Below are positions 22,350 to 31,066 of a stretch of DNA of 64,000 nt, one piece after another. Numbering within the stretch: the first letter of the stretch is position 1; the number at the start of each line of letters is the position of its first letter. Source of the DNA: an uncultured Alphaproteobacteria bacterium (GTDB lineage: Bacteria; Pseudomonadota; Alphaproteobacteria; Sphingomonadales; Sphingomonadaceae); contig CAWCZC010000005.1 of NCBI GenBank assembly GCA_963799985.1, positions 448,977 to 512,976 of the forward strand, written 5' to 3'. The notes below the pieces were generated by a model that was not told the origin of the DNA, made no database searches, and saw only the letters and a program-made list of their open reading frames with translations. The translations under genes were made by a program, and so were the position numbers.

Positions 22350-24365
22350 TCAAGACCTCTTTTCCCTATCGTATTCCCCAATCGCGTCTATCGCAAACCG
22401 CAGTTTCTTATGCAGAAGTAGCTGCTCGAAGTGAATCCGGTGGTGAAAGCGCCCTCCGACCGGCCTCGAACCGGTAGAATGCAAAATTTGATCCTCCGGC
22501 TGCTCGGCCGACAAATCCACGTAAATCCCGCCAGAAAAGGACTCGCCCTTAAGCCCGTAAATATACTCGACATCTCGGTTCTCCTTGTCGAAGAGCAGAC
22601 TCGGTACCTGCTGCTCCCACTCCTCCTTAGGCACCTCGGCAAGCTCTGGATGTTCGTCTTTTAGCAGCGATCTGTATGACTCTTCCCTGTCTAGCTCATC
22701 TTCCACCGGGTTGAGATAAAAGAGAGGAATGCGCAGGGCGTCGTGCATCTTGCAGAACGACTTTCCGTCTTCGGAGCACAATATCTCTTTGCTCCACAGC
22801 AGTACCCTCGCGATCTCAATTGACGTCTCATCCCCGGCATCTCGTACTTCTACGTGAGTACCATCTCCAAGACGTGAATTAGACCTAAAATAGGTGTGCG
22901 TGGTACGCTTTATGTTCGCTAGCGCAATCTTTATCGCTTCGTCGACAAGCGGTGTCACTCGCAGGGTCCAACGGTTAGTGTCGGCATCCAACGCCTTCGC
23001 AACATAGCGGGGTATCTGCAAACAAAAATAGTAAAACACCAGGGGGTCGAGCCATGCATCGAAAGCCTGCACGTCAACGGCGTAGATCCTATTGGCCTTC
23101 GACACCCAATCGCCCAGATCGTTCACGCGATCAGCGTGCAGGGTAGGAGGAAGCTCAAAGTTCTTGAAGAAGCTCGCGAGTTTCTCGTGAGCCTTCTGTG
23201 CGTTGTGGCGCCTCGAATTCTCCGCCCTCGAAGAGCGGGCCTCATGGATGGCGAGGTGCCGGTTCATTGCCTGCTGGTTCCGCTCGACAAAGAATGTACC
23301 GAGCGGACCCGCGGACTTAATCTTTCCTTTCTCGCTCTCGAACTTTGTTGTGCGGCAAAGCCACCCGTCGGTCTCGCCCGACGCTGCCGACAGGAGCATC
23401 GGCTCAAACTCAAGGGAGGTAAAACAATCCTGTGTGTCGCCGTAGCTTCCGAATGTTCCACCAATCAATGAAAAAATGCCCCATCCAAAGTTCTCGTTAT
23501 CAACCGGATATTGCAAGACCATATCGTGACTATGGACATGACCTGACAGAACGACGTGAACCCGCTGATTCGAAAGCTCCGCGCGCAACAAACCGGCGTT
23601 AATGAGCATCGGAAATTGATCGACATCCTGCGTGGCCGCCGAGTGAATCGGATGATGGACGACGCAGATCTTCAGCGCATGGCGTGGAATAACGGGGGCA
23701 TCGGCCAGCCCTCTTTTGAGTTCCTCCGGATTGACAAAGCCAGGATCTAATCTTGCGATCGCCTTAAGTGTGCTTGCAGCGTCGGAGCGGCTGTCCGGCT
23801 GCAACAGCTTCCGCACTTCCTCGATAGCAGGTTCATTGACATTGCCAGCTATGCCGCACGAGTCGACGCAGTAAAAAGCAACTGGCCCGGTGCGATCGGT
23901 ATGCAAATTGTGGACGGTGACACCAGTATATTTATTGCCCTCTAGCTTTTGGTGGGGCGTGATATATTCCCCGAAAAGACTGTTAAACTGTTCTCTAGCG
24001 AACATTCTTCCAGTATCATCGACGGCGTCGTATGAGTAGTCGTGATTTCCCGGTACAATGACGATACGCTCACGTGCGCGCGCGTTGGTGTCGCCATCCC
24101 AGATAGATCTCAAAGCGTCCCTTATTCCTTCGATAAATCTTTGAGCCTGCATCAACTCTTGAAACGAACCAAAACTGGTTAAGTCGCCACTTATTACAAC
24201 GAAATCGGGAGCTGTTGTCTTATTTAACGCTGACAGATGCGCTAGATACTGATCGTAGACGGAGAGCGGCGCGGGTATTCCGCGCGACAAGCCAGAGTTG
24301 ATGTGCCCTGCTGCCTTGCTCAAAGGGCCGAAGTGAATATCGGAAAGATGGTGAATGCGGATCAT
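22350..24365 (-). CDS. Calcineurin-like metallophosphoesterase with ~300-aa unknown C-terminal domain
   Basis: All five metal motifs present: SDIHFG, SGDLT, PGNHD, HH, GHVH. Confidence 0.9.
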   Translation of the reverse strand: MIRIHHLSDIHFGPLSKAAGHINSGLSRGIPAPLSVYDQYLAHLSALNKTTAPDFVVISGDLTSFGSFQELMQAQRFIEGIRDALRSIWDGDTNARARERIVIVPGNHDYSYDAVDDTGRMFAREQFNSLFGEYITPHQKLEGNKYTGVTVHNLHTDRTGPVAFYCVDSCGIAGNVNEPAIEEVRKLLQPDSRSDAASTLKAIARLDPGFVNPEELKRGLADAPVIPRHALKICVVHHPIHSAATQDVDQFPMLINAGLLRAELSNQRVHVVLSGHVHSHDMVLQYPVDNENFGWGIFSLIGGTFGSYGDTQDCFTSLEFEPMLLSAASGETDGWLCRTTKFESEKGKIKSAGPLGTFFVERNQQAMNRHLAIHEARSSRAENSRRHNAQKAHEKLASFFKNFELPPTLHADRVNDLGDWVSKANRIYAVDVQAFDAWLDPLVFYYFCLQIPRYVAKALDADTNRWTLRVTPLVDEAIKIALANIKRTTHTYFRSNSRLGDGTHVEVRDAGDETSIEIARVLLWSKEILCSEDGKSFCKMHDALRIPLFYLNPVEDELDREESYRSLLKDEHPELAEVPKEEWEQQVPSLLFDKENRDVEYIYGLKGESFSGGIYVDLSAEQPEDQILHSTGSRPVGGRFHHRIHFEQLLLHKKLRFAIDAIGEYDREKRS

Positions 24366-24374
24366 CCTGGGACC

Positions 24375-25583
24375 TTACACCGAGATGTCATGCAGGACGT
24401 TGTTCCGCGAAATAAGCTCCCGGGGACGGGTTGCGCCAAGAAAGCGCATACTCATGCTGGCGCAATAGGCACCGGCGTTGCTGAAGGCCAGCCGGTCCCC
24501 CGGCTGTAGATCAGGCAGCATACAGCCGAGGTGAAGCAGATCACCCGAGTAGGTCGTGCTTCCAGCGATCATGTATTTCCTGGCCACCGCGTCGCCCTCG
24601 CGGCCGACTACCGATACGGGGTGCTGTTCGGACGCCTTTTCGTAGAAGATAGGTCGGGGGAATGAGCAGGCTTCCCCGTCGCAGATCGCTATGTTGCCGT
24701 GGTCCGTCTCCACGATGTCTAGCACCGTCGTAAGGAACACTCCGGCGCGGGCAACCACGGCGCGGCCGATCTCGAAAATCACTCGCGGCCTGTCTCCGCC
24801 ACTTTCAACTGAGCGAGCAACACCCTCCAGCACCCTCTGCCAGTCCTGCCAGAACGGTTGGTCGAGCGGCACCTGGAACGTTGACGGCAGGCCACCTCCG
24901 AAATCAAGGATCGAGATTCCGGGTAGCCGATCTATGATTTCGAGAATCGACTGATAGGCTGATTGAAGCGGGCGCGCGGTTTCAATGTCGGTGCCCGGAT
25001 ATATATGCAGGCCGACCGGTTTCACTCCCTCCCGCCCGGACAAGTTCCAAGCCTGAGCCACTTGCTCGCGAGGCAAACCAATGCGCAGCCCCGCCGCATT
25101 GACGTGGCGCGTTGCATGCGACCGTGTCGACCCGTCTTGCCGTTGCGTTTGGACCCTCAGCCCGATCTGGTTATCGGGAAGTTGTTCGGCGAGATAGAGA
25201 AATTGGCGGATCGAGTTAGCGAACACGATCGTACCGGAAACCCGCCGGACCAGCTCAACTGCCTCAGGAGAAACCGCCGAGGGAGCGAAGACTACTTTCT
25301 GATCGCCAGCCTCCAAATCGTAGATCCTCGCCAAGTGATAATGTGACCCGGCGAAGAATCCAAAACCCTCCTCTTGCACGATCCGCAGGATCTCAGGATT
25401 GTCGTTGGCCATCAGCGCGAAGAACGCCTCAAAGCTCCTAGGCATTAGCCGAGTGATAGCGGCGCTGTCGCCGCGGATCGCCTCCTCGGAGTACAGGTAG
25501 CAGGGTGTCGTGACCTGCTTTACCAAATCGGCCAGTTCGTCGGCCTCGAATGGGCCGGTTCTCTGGAATGTTCCGGGGGCCAT
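24375..25583 (-). CDS. Diaminopimelate/ornithine decarboxylase-fold (PLP fold III) protein with non-canonical active site
   Basis: TPCYLY, FALMAN (usually YAxKAN), LDFGGG, EIGR, GSTTYSGD, AGAY. Confidence 0.88.
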   Translation of the reverse strand: MAPGTFQRTGPFEADELADLVKQVTTPCYLYSEEAIRGDSAAITRLMPRSFEAFFALMANDNPEILRIVQEEGFGFFAGSHYHLARIYDLEAGDQKVVFAPSAVSPEAVELVRRVSGTIVFANSIRQFLYLAEQLPDNQIGLRVQTQRQDGSTRSHATRHVNAAGLRIGLPREQVAQAWNLSGREGVKPVGLHIYPGTDIETARPLQSAYQSILEIIDRLPGISILDFGGGLPSTFQVPLDQPFWQDWQRVLEGVARSVESGGDRPRVIFEIGRAVVARAGVFLTTVLDIVETDHGNIAICDGEACSFPRPIFYEKASEQHPVSVVGREGDAVARKYMIAGSTTYSGDLLHLGCMLPDLQPGDRLAFSNAGAYCASMSMRFLGATRPRELISRNNVLHDISV

Positions 25584-26236
25584 CACTCCGACACTAGTCT
25601 CGTGATGATAAGGTGCCGGCCCTTGCCGCCACTCTTTCGACTGATCGTAATGTCACCGACCTCGGCGATCTCGCGCAGGTGCACGCCCCCGCAGGGAACG
25701 ACGACGCCCTTACAACGCCAGTACCGGAGTTTACGGTCCTGGTCGTCCTCGGAGGTCTCGATCGCCCCACCTTCGTCTATGAATGCCTGGCACTTCTTGG
25801 TTATGCGGGTGATCAGTTCCGGAGGCATCGCCCCTTCGTACTCGTAGGTGCACTTGTCGCCGGATTCCGTCAGGAAGTTCCCTACCCGTGCCAGTTCTCC
25901 TAGTTCAGAATACAGGTAGTGCTCCATCAGGTGCGACGCGGAGTGAAGGCGCATAATCCGGAACCTGCGATTCCAGTTCAGATTTACCATGACCCGCTGG
26001 CCTGGCACGATCGACGCGGGATCGCTGACCAGGTGGGCGATCCTCGCTTCTCCATCCATTAGCGTATCGCTAACCTGCGCATCGCCGATGAAGCCGGTGT
26101 CTCCAGGGCACCCACCGCCGCGAGGCGAGAATGCGCTCCGGTCCAGATAAACCCGGTTATCGTGCACGGAAAGCACCGTCGCCTCGAACTGCGACAGGTA
26201 CGGGTCGTCGTAATAAAGAATCCGGGTTTTCGTCAC
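25583..26236 (-). CDS. AlaX-type alanyl-tRNA editing (deacylase) protein
   Basis: YYDDPYL, GGGCPGDTG, MRLHSASH (HxxxH), PCGGVH (CxxxH). GTG start inferred; TGATG overlap with the next gene. Confidence 0.9.
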   Translation of the reverse strand: MTKTRILYYDDPYLSQFEATVLSVHDNRVYLDRSAFSPRGGGCPGDTGFIGDAQVSDTLMDGEARIAHLVSDPASIVPGQRVMVNLNWNRRFRIMRLHSASHLMEHYLYSELGELARVGNFLTESGDKCTYEYEGAMPPELITRITKKCQAFIDEGGAIETSEDDQDRKLRYWRCKGVVVPCGGVHLREIAEVGDITISRKSGGKGRHLIITRLVSE

Positions 26237-26298
26237 TAAGGCTACCTGCTCACCAACGGGCCAATGGACGCGGCCGGCCAGCGCTCGCTGACAGTCAG

Positions 26299-26326
26299 AT
26301 TTTATCCTAATCCGATCAAGACGCAA
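26299..26326 (-). promoter_or_regulatory. Putative sigma70 promoter for the cargo operon
   Basis: TTGCGT-N16-TAAAAT about 60 bp upstream of the inferred alaX start. Confidence 0.45.
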
Positions 26327-26357
26327 TGCCGACCCGAGGATAGAAATGGCCTGTGAG

Positions 26358-26617
26358 GTGGTTGGTGGATAGGGCGATCGGCAAGACCCGGCATATTGGC
26401 GCGACCCCGTACACCTCGCGATGCACGTCGATGATTAACACCATCACCTCGCTAGTCAGACGCTCGAAGGTGGAGCTCCGCCATCGCAAAATATGCGGAC
26501 GCCTTGCGCAGGTTCTCATTGGCCCGGCGCAGCTCCCGGTTTTCACGCTCCGGCGCCTTCATCCGCTCAGCGACATCGCTCGGCAGACCGGCACTCGCAC
26601 CGTTGCCGACTTCGTCG
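26358..26617 (-). mobile_element. IS3-family transposase remnant (orfA end / orfB start)
   Basis: ERMKAPERENRELRRANENLRKASAYFAMAEL followed by IDVHREVYGVAPICRVLPIALST. Confidence 0.88.
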
Positions 26618-26892
26618 ACCAGAGGGATAGGCGCAGCGCGGCGCTGAAGGCCAGTCCGACATTCCGCGACTTGCGCGTCATCCCAGTCGACAATCCGCCA
26701 TCTTTATGAGTCGACGATCGCTGAACAAACGACCGTTTTCGGGATCTGTTTTCGGCTGCACGAATGACCGATATTGGGGCGCAAGCGGTGAAAACCGCTC
26801 ACCTCATTAAGTCACTGAAAAGAAATAATACTAGATGCAACAAAATTGCCGATAGTGTTGCATCGCCGTAGATTCAGACCGTCGCTGACGGG

Positions 26893-27138
26893 ATGGAACT
26901 CATGCGGAAACGGCTTGCTATCGCGGCAATCGCGCTTGCCGCCTCGTCGCTCGCGACGCCCTCGGCTATGGGCCAGCAAACGCGCCCGGCCCCCGTTTCG
27001 GAAATAAGCGTTCCGCTTCGCGACGCTCGAACGGCGGGCGCTAGATCGGTGCGCTTCGCGGCGGCGCAGTTCACGAAGACGGAGCCGGTGGTGGTTCTGC
27101 TCCTCGGTGGGCGGCGCGGGCAAAGAGGCGGGATTTGA
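26893..27138 (+). pseudogene. Small exported protein, probably 3'-truncated
   Basis: Signal peptide MRKRLAIAAIALAASSLATPSAMG; runs head-on into the mobC remnant. Confidence 0.5.
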
Positions 27139-27246
27139 CGTAGGCTCCAAGCGCCAGTCCGCCCGCGTCGCGCTCAAGCTGGGCGCGCTCTGCCGCCGAC
27201 AGCCGGATGCAGAACGGCGAGGGCCCTTGGGTTTGGACCCTGACAT
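27110..27246 (-). pseudogene. MobC-like ribbon-helix-helix protein, N-terminal fragment
   Basis: PSPFCIRLSAAERAQLERDAGGLALGAYVKSRLF; frameshifted from the ATG at 27246 and truncated. Confidence 0.7.
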
Positions 27247-27343
27247 GGGATCGGAATTCGACAAACGACAACACGCCGCATCCGGCAGGGTGCGAGGTAT
27301 GCGCCTCGGTTAGAGGTGAGACGGGGGTTAGGAAAAGCGCCGG

Positions 27344-27493
27344 TCAGGGGCCGGATGGTTCCGGCGGCTCTGGATCAGGGCCGAGAAATTCGGCAGGAAC
27401 GTCCCGCAGGTTGGATTCCCAATCGGCAAGCGTTCGAAATAGCTCGTCCGAGTCGAACGGCGGGTTCGAGGATTGTCCCTCGGGGACCACCAG
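27344..27493 (-). other. Displaced C-terminal tail of the serine recombinase (joined only in the excised circle)
   Basis: [49 protein letters not shown] in the same codon phase across the att core as the recombinase's LVGPAGLEPAT*. Confidence 0.7.
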
Positions 27494-27494
27494 C
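27487..27494 (+). repeat. Right att core CCACCAGC
   Basis: GTCCCTCGGGGA-CCACCAGC versus the tRNA end GTCCTGCCGGGC-CCACCAGC. Confidence 0.75.
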
Positions 27495-27540
27495 GGCGCC
27501 CTTGTGCCTCTTGCCGAGAAGCCCTAGGCGGCATCCGCGT

Positions 27541-27617
<77 letters not shown>

Positions 27618-27667
27618 CCGCGCGACTGGTCTGTTCCGCGCCGCGGCGAGCATGGTACAGCGTGAGG

Positions 27668-29359
27668 GTGGCGATCACCGACGATCAGATTGCGCAGGCG
27701 CGCGCCGCGTTCCGGAGCGGACGCCTCGACGGGGCGGCGACGTTGGCAGGCGCGGCGCTGGCGCGCGAACCTGCCTCGCTCGACGCGATCGAGGTGCTGG
27801 CGCTGGTCCGCCGCGAGCAGGGCCGGTTCGACGAGGCCGAGCGGTTACTGCGCGCGGCGATCGCGACGGCGCCGGAGCGGCACTGGCCCTTCGACGATCT
27901 GGCGCGGCTGTTGCTCGCCCAAGGCCGCGCCGAGGATGCCGAGCAGGTCTGCCGCGACGGCGTCGTCGCTGATCCCGCCAACGCCAATGCGCAGGCGATG
28001 CTCGGCGGGTTGCTCTCCGAACGCGAAGCGCTTGTCGAGGGGGCGGCGTACCTGCGCGCGGCGATCTCGCTCGCTGGGCGGCATCCCGAGCTGGTCGCCG
28101 ACCTGGGGCGGAACCTTGGCCGCCAGGGCCATATCGCCGAGGCGGAAACGCTTCTGCGCGAGGCGATCGCGGCGGACTCCGAAGCGGTGCGTCCGCGCGC
28201 GTGGCTCGCCGAGCTGCTCGAGCGGGTGCGGCGGTTCGACGAGGCGGGGGCCGTGCTCGACGCCGCCGAGGCGCTGGCAGTGCGGCAGGGAGACGACGTC
28301 ACCCTCCAGCGCGCGGCGTTGCTGTCGCGTACCGAAGCATGGCGCGATGGCCTCGCGCTGCTCGACGGTCCGGGCGAACGCTCAGGGGCGGCGTTGCTCC
28401 AGCGTGGGCGGCTGCGCGACCGTGCCGGGCGACACGACGAGGCTTGGACGGACTTCGTCGCGGGCAAGGCTGCGCTCGCGCGGGCTTCGGGACGGCGCTA
28501 TCCGCACGAGGCGGTCGGCGCGCTGATCGAGGCGCTCCGGGGCTTTTTCACTCCGGAGAACCTAGCGGCGATGACGCCGGCGCCAGTCCGCGGAGAGGTG
28601 CCGCAACCGATCTTCATCCTCGGCTTCCCACGCTCGGGGACGACGCTGACCGAGCAATTGCTCGCGAGCCATTCGCGAATCCGCGCGGGCGGCGAACTGC
28701 CGTTCGTCGCCGAACTGGCCGCGCTCGCCACCGAGCGGACCGGCGGGGCCTTTCCGGGCCGGTTCGAAAAGCTCGACGCGGCGCTGCGGGCCGAGTTCGG
28801 CGCGGTTCTCCGCGATCACTATCTCTCGCGCGCCGAAGCTTACGGCCTGCTCGCGCCCGGCGCGGCCTTCTTCACCGACAAGATGCCGCTCAACGAGCTC
28901 TATTTGCCGCTGCTCGCGCTCGCCTTTCCCGAATCGCCGCGGGTGACCGTGGCGCGCGATCCGCGCGACGTGCTCGTCTCGACGATGAGCCATGACCTCA
29001 CGCACGGCTTCGATTGCGGGTACCGGCCGGGCGATCTCGCGCGCCATCTCGCGGCGATGCATGTCCTGGCCACGCATTGGCGCGCGCAGTTTAGCGGGCA
29101 CCTGTTGGTCTATGAGCGACTGGTCGCCGACCAAGCCGGCGAGACCGCGGCGTTGATGGCGGCGTGTGGGCTCGCGGTCGAGCCCGCGCAGGCGCGGTTC
29201 CACGAGAGCCGGCGGATCGCGCCGACCCCGAGCTATGCTCAGGTGCAGGAGCCGCTCAACGACCGCTCGATCGGCCGCTGGCGCGCTTATGCTGCGATGC
29301 TGGAGCCGGTGCGGGGGGTGCTCGCCGAGGCGATCGCGGCGGGCGGCTACGCGGGCTGA
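27668..29359 (+). CDS. TPR-sulfotransferase
   Basis: N-terminal TPR helices; PAPS motif [13 protein letters not shown]; TDKMPLN; TPSYAQV. Confidence 0.92.
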   Translation: MAITDDQIAQARAAFRSGRLDGAATLAGAALAREPASLDAIEVLALVRREQGRFDEAERLLRAAIATAPERHWPFDDLARLLLAQGRAEDAEQVCRDGVVADPANANAQAMLGGLLSEREALVEGAAYLRAAISLAGRHPELVADLGRNLGRQGHIAEAETLLREAIAADSEAVRPRAWLAELLERVRRFDEAGAVLDAAEALAVRQGDDVTLQRAALLSRTEAWRDGLALLDGPGERSGAALLQRGRLRDRAGRHDEAWTDFVAGKAALARASGRRYPHEAVGALIEALRGFFTPENLAAMTPAPVRGEVPQPIFILGFPRSGTTLTEQLLASHSRIRAGGELPFVAELAALATERTGGAFPGRFEKLDAALRAEFGAVLRDHYLSRAEAYGLLAPGAAFFTDKMPLNELYLPLLALAFPESPRVTVARDPRDVLVSTMSHDLTHGFDCGYRPGDLARHLAAMHVLATHWRAQFSGHLLVYERLVADQAGETAALMAACGLAVEPAQARFHESRRIAPTPSYAQVQEPLNDRSIGRWRAYAAMLEPVRGVLAEAIAAGGYAG

Positions 29360-31066
29360 AGCCCCGCGGCAATTGCCTCTGCGTCGCCGATGATCAGCTG
29401 GAGCGTGCCGGCCGAGGGGCGCGTCAGCATCCGCACGCCCAGCACGCCGAGCGCGGCTTCATCGACCCGCGCGGGATCGGCGAGGTCGAGCCAGATGCGG
29501 CTCGAGGCCGCACCGACCGCAGTGACGTTGCCGCGCCCCCCCAGTGCCGCGAGCCAGGGGGCAGGATCGATCCTGGAAGCTTGCAGGAGCGGCGCCGTCA
29601 TGACCGGCGCGGACGAAGAGAGCGTTCCGGCGGCGGTGCGCATCTCCATCGCCACCCCGTCGGCGATCGGGCCGAGCACCACCTGCAGCCCGTCGGGCGA
29701 GGGGCGCACGAATCCCTTGGCGCCGAGCGCGCGGAGACGTGGCTCGCTGATCAGCGCGGGGTCGCGCAGCACCAGCCGTAGCCGCGTCGTGCACGCGTCG
29801 ATCGCTTGCCAGGTTCCCGGCGCCGCCCAGCGCCGCGACGAACGCCGCGCCACGCTCAGCGGGAAGCGCGTCTCGCGACTTCCTCGCCCACCGGTTCGAC
29901 CTCGCGGCCGGGCGTCTTGAGATCGAAGCGGACGATCGCCCAGCGGAACACGCCGTAATAGATCGCGAAATAGGCAAGCCCGACCGGGATCAGCAGCCAG
30001 GGCCGCGTCGCCTTGGAGAAGTTGAGCACGTAATCGAGGAAGCCCGCCGAGAAGCCGAAGCCGAGCTTGACCCCGAGGACGTGCATCAGCGCCATCGCCA
30101 CGCCCGGTCAGCACCGCGTGCATCGCGTAGAGCAACGGCGCCAGGAACATGAAGCTGAACTCGATCGGCTCGGTCACGCCGGTGAGGAAAGCAGTCAGCG
30201 CCATCGAGATGAGCATGCCCGCCCACGGCCTTGCGCCGCTCGGGCAGCGCGGCGCGGTACATCGCCAGGCACGCGGCGGGCAGGCCGAACATCATCACCG
30301 GGAAGAAGCCGGACATGAACCCGCCCGCGCTCGGATCGCCCGCGAAGAAGCGGTTCAGGTCGCCGGTCGCGCCGTGATAGTCGCCGATGATGAACCAGGC
30401 GACGTTGTTGATGATATGGTGCAGCCCGGTGACGATCAGCAGCCGGTTGAGTACGCCGTAGGCGAACAGTCCGAGCGTGCCCGATCCGACCACGCCGCGG
30501 CTCAGCGCGTCCATCCCGCTCACGATCGGGGCGTAGCCGAGGCCGACCAGCGCGGCGAGTGCGAGGCCCGCGAGCCCCGCCAGGATCGGCACGAAGCGCC
30601 GTCCGCCGAAGAAGGCGAGGTAGTCGGGCAGCCGGATGCCGGCGAACCGGTTGTAGCACCCGCCCGCGATCAGCCCCGAGGCGATGCCGATCGGCACCGT
30701 CAGCTTGGCGATCGCCGCGGTCCGCCAGGCGTCGTCGGCGAGCGCGGCCATCCCCTTGGCGAGACCGGCGGTGGTTTCAGCGGGCACGTGGAGCAGAGTC
30801 ATCGCGCCGCGCGTCGCGACGAGGAAGCAGACGAGGCCGGCCAGGCCCGCCGCGCCGTTGTTGTCCTTCGCGATGCCGACTCCGATGCCGAGCGCGAACA
30901 GCAGCCCGAGATTGTCGAAGATCGCCTCGCCCGCCGCCGCGACGAAGGGGATGTTCAGCAGGTCGGGCTGGCCAAGGCGGAGCAGCAGGCCCGCGATCGG
31001 CAGCACCGCGATCGGCAGCATCAGCGCGCGGCCGAGCGGCTGGAGCGATTGCAGCGAGAGCTTCAT
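29347..31066 (-). CDS. nagE: PTS N-acetylglucosamine EIICB (indels near 30220, 30100 and about 29830-29880)
   Basis: [49 protein letters not shown]. Confidence 0.9.

Larger units (their letters stand above)
21648..27494. mobile_element. Decayed integrative (mobilizable-type) element at the 3' end of tRNA-Ile2
   Basis: Flanking CCACCAGC repeat; recombinase and mobC remnants; IS3 remnant; visibly lower GC than the flanks. Confidence 0.85.

Noticed and set aside
24375-25583. Calling this gene lysA
   Set aside because: It lacks the PLP Lys and catalytic Cys and lies in a foreign island.
27459-27492. Third tRNA or tRNA pseudogene
   Set aside because: Only a T-arm/acceptor-like 3' fragment; better explained as the att site and recombinase tail.
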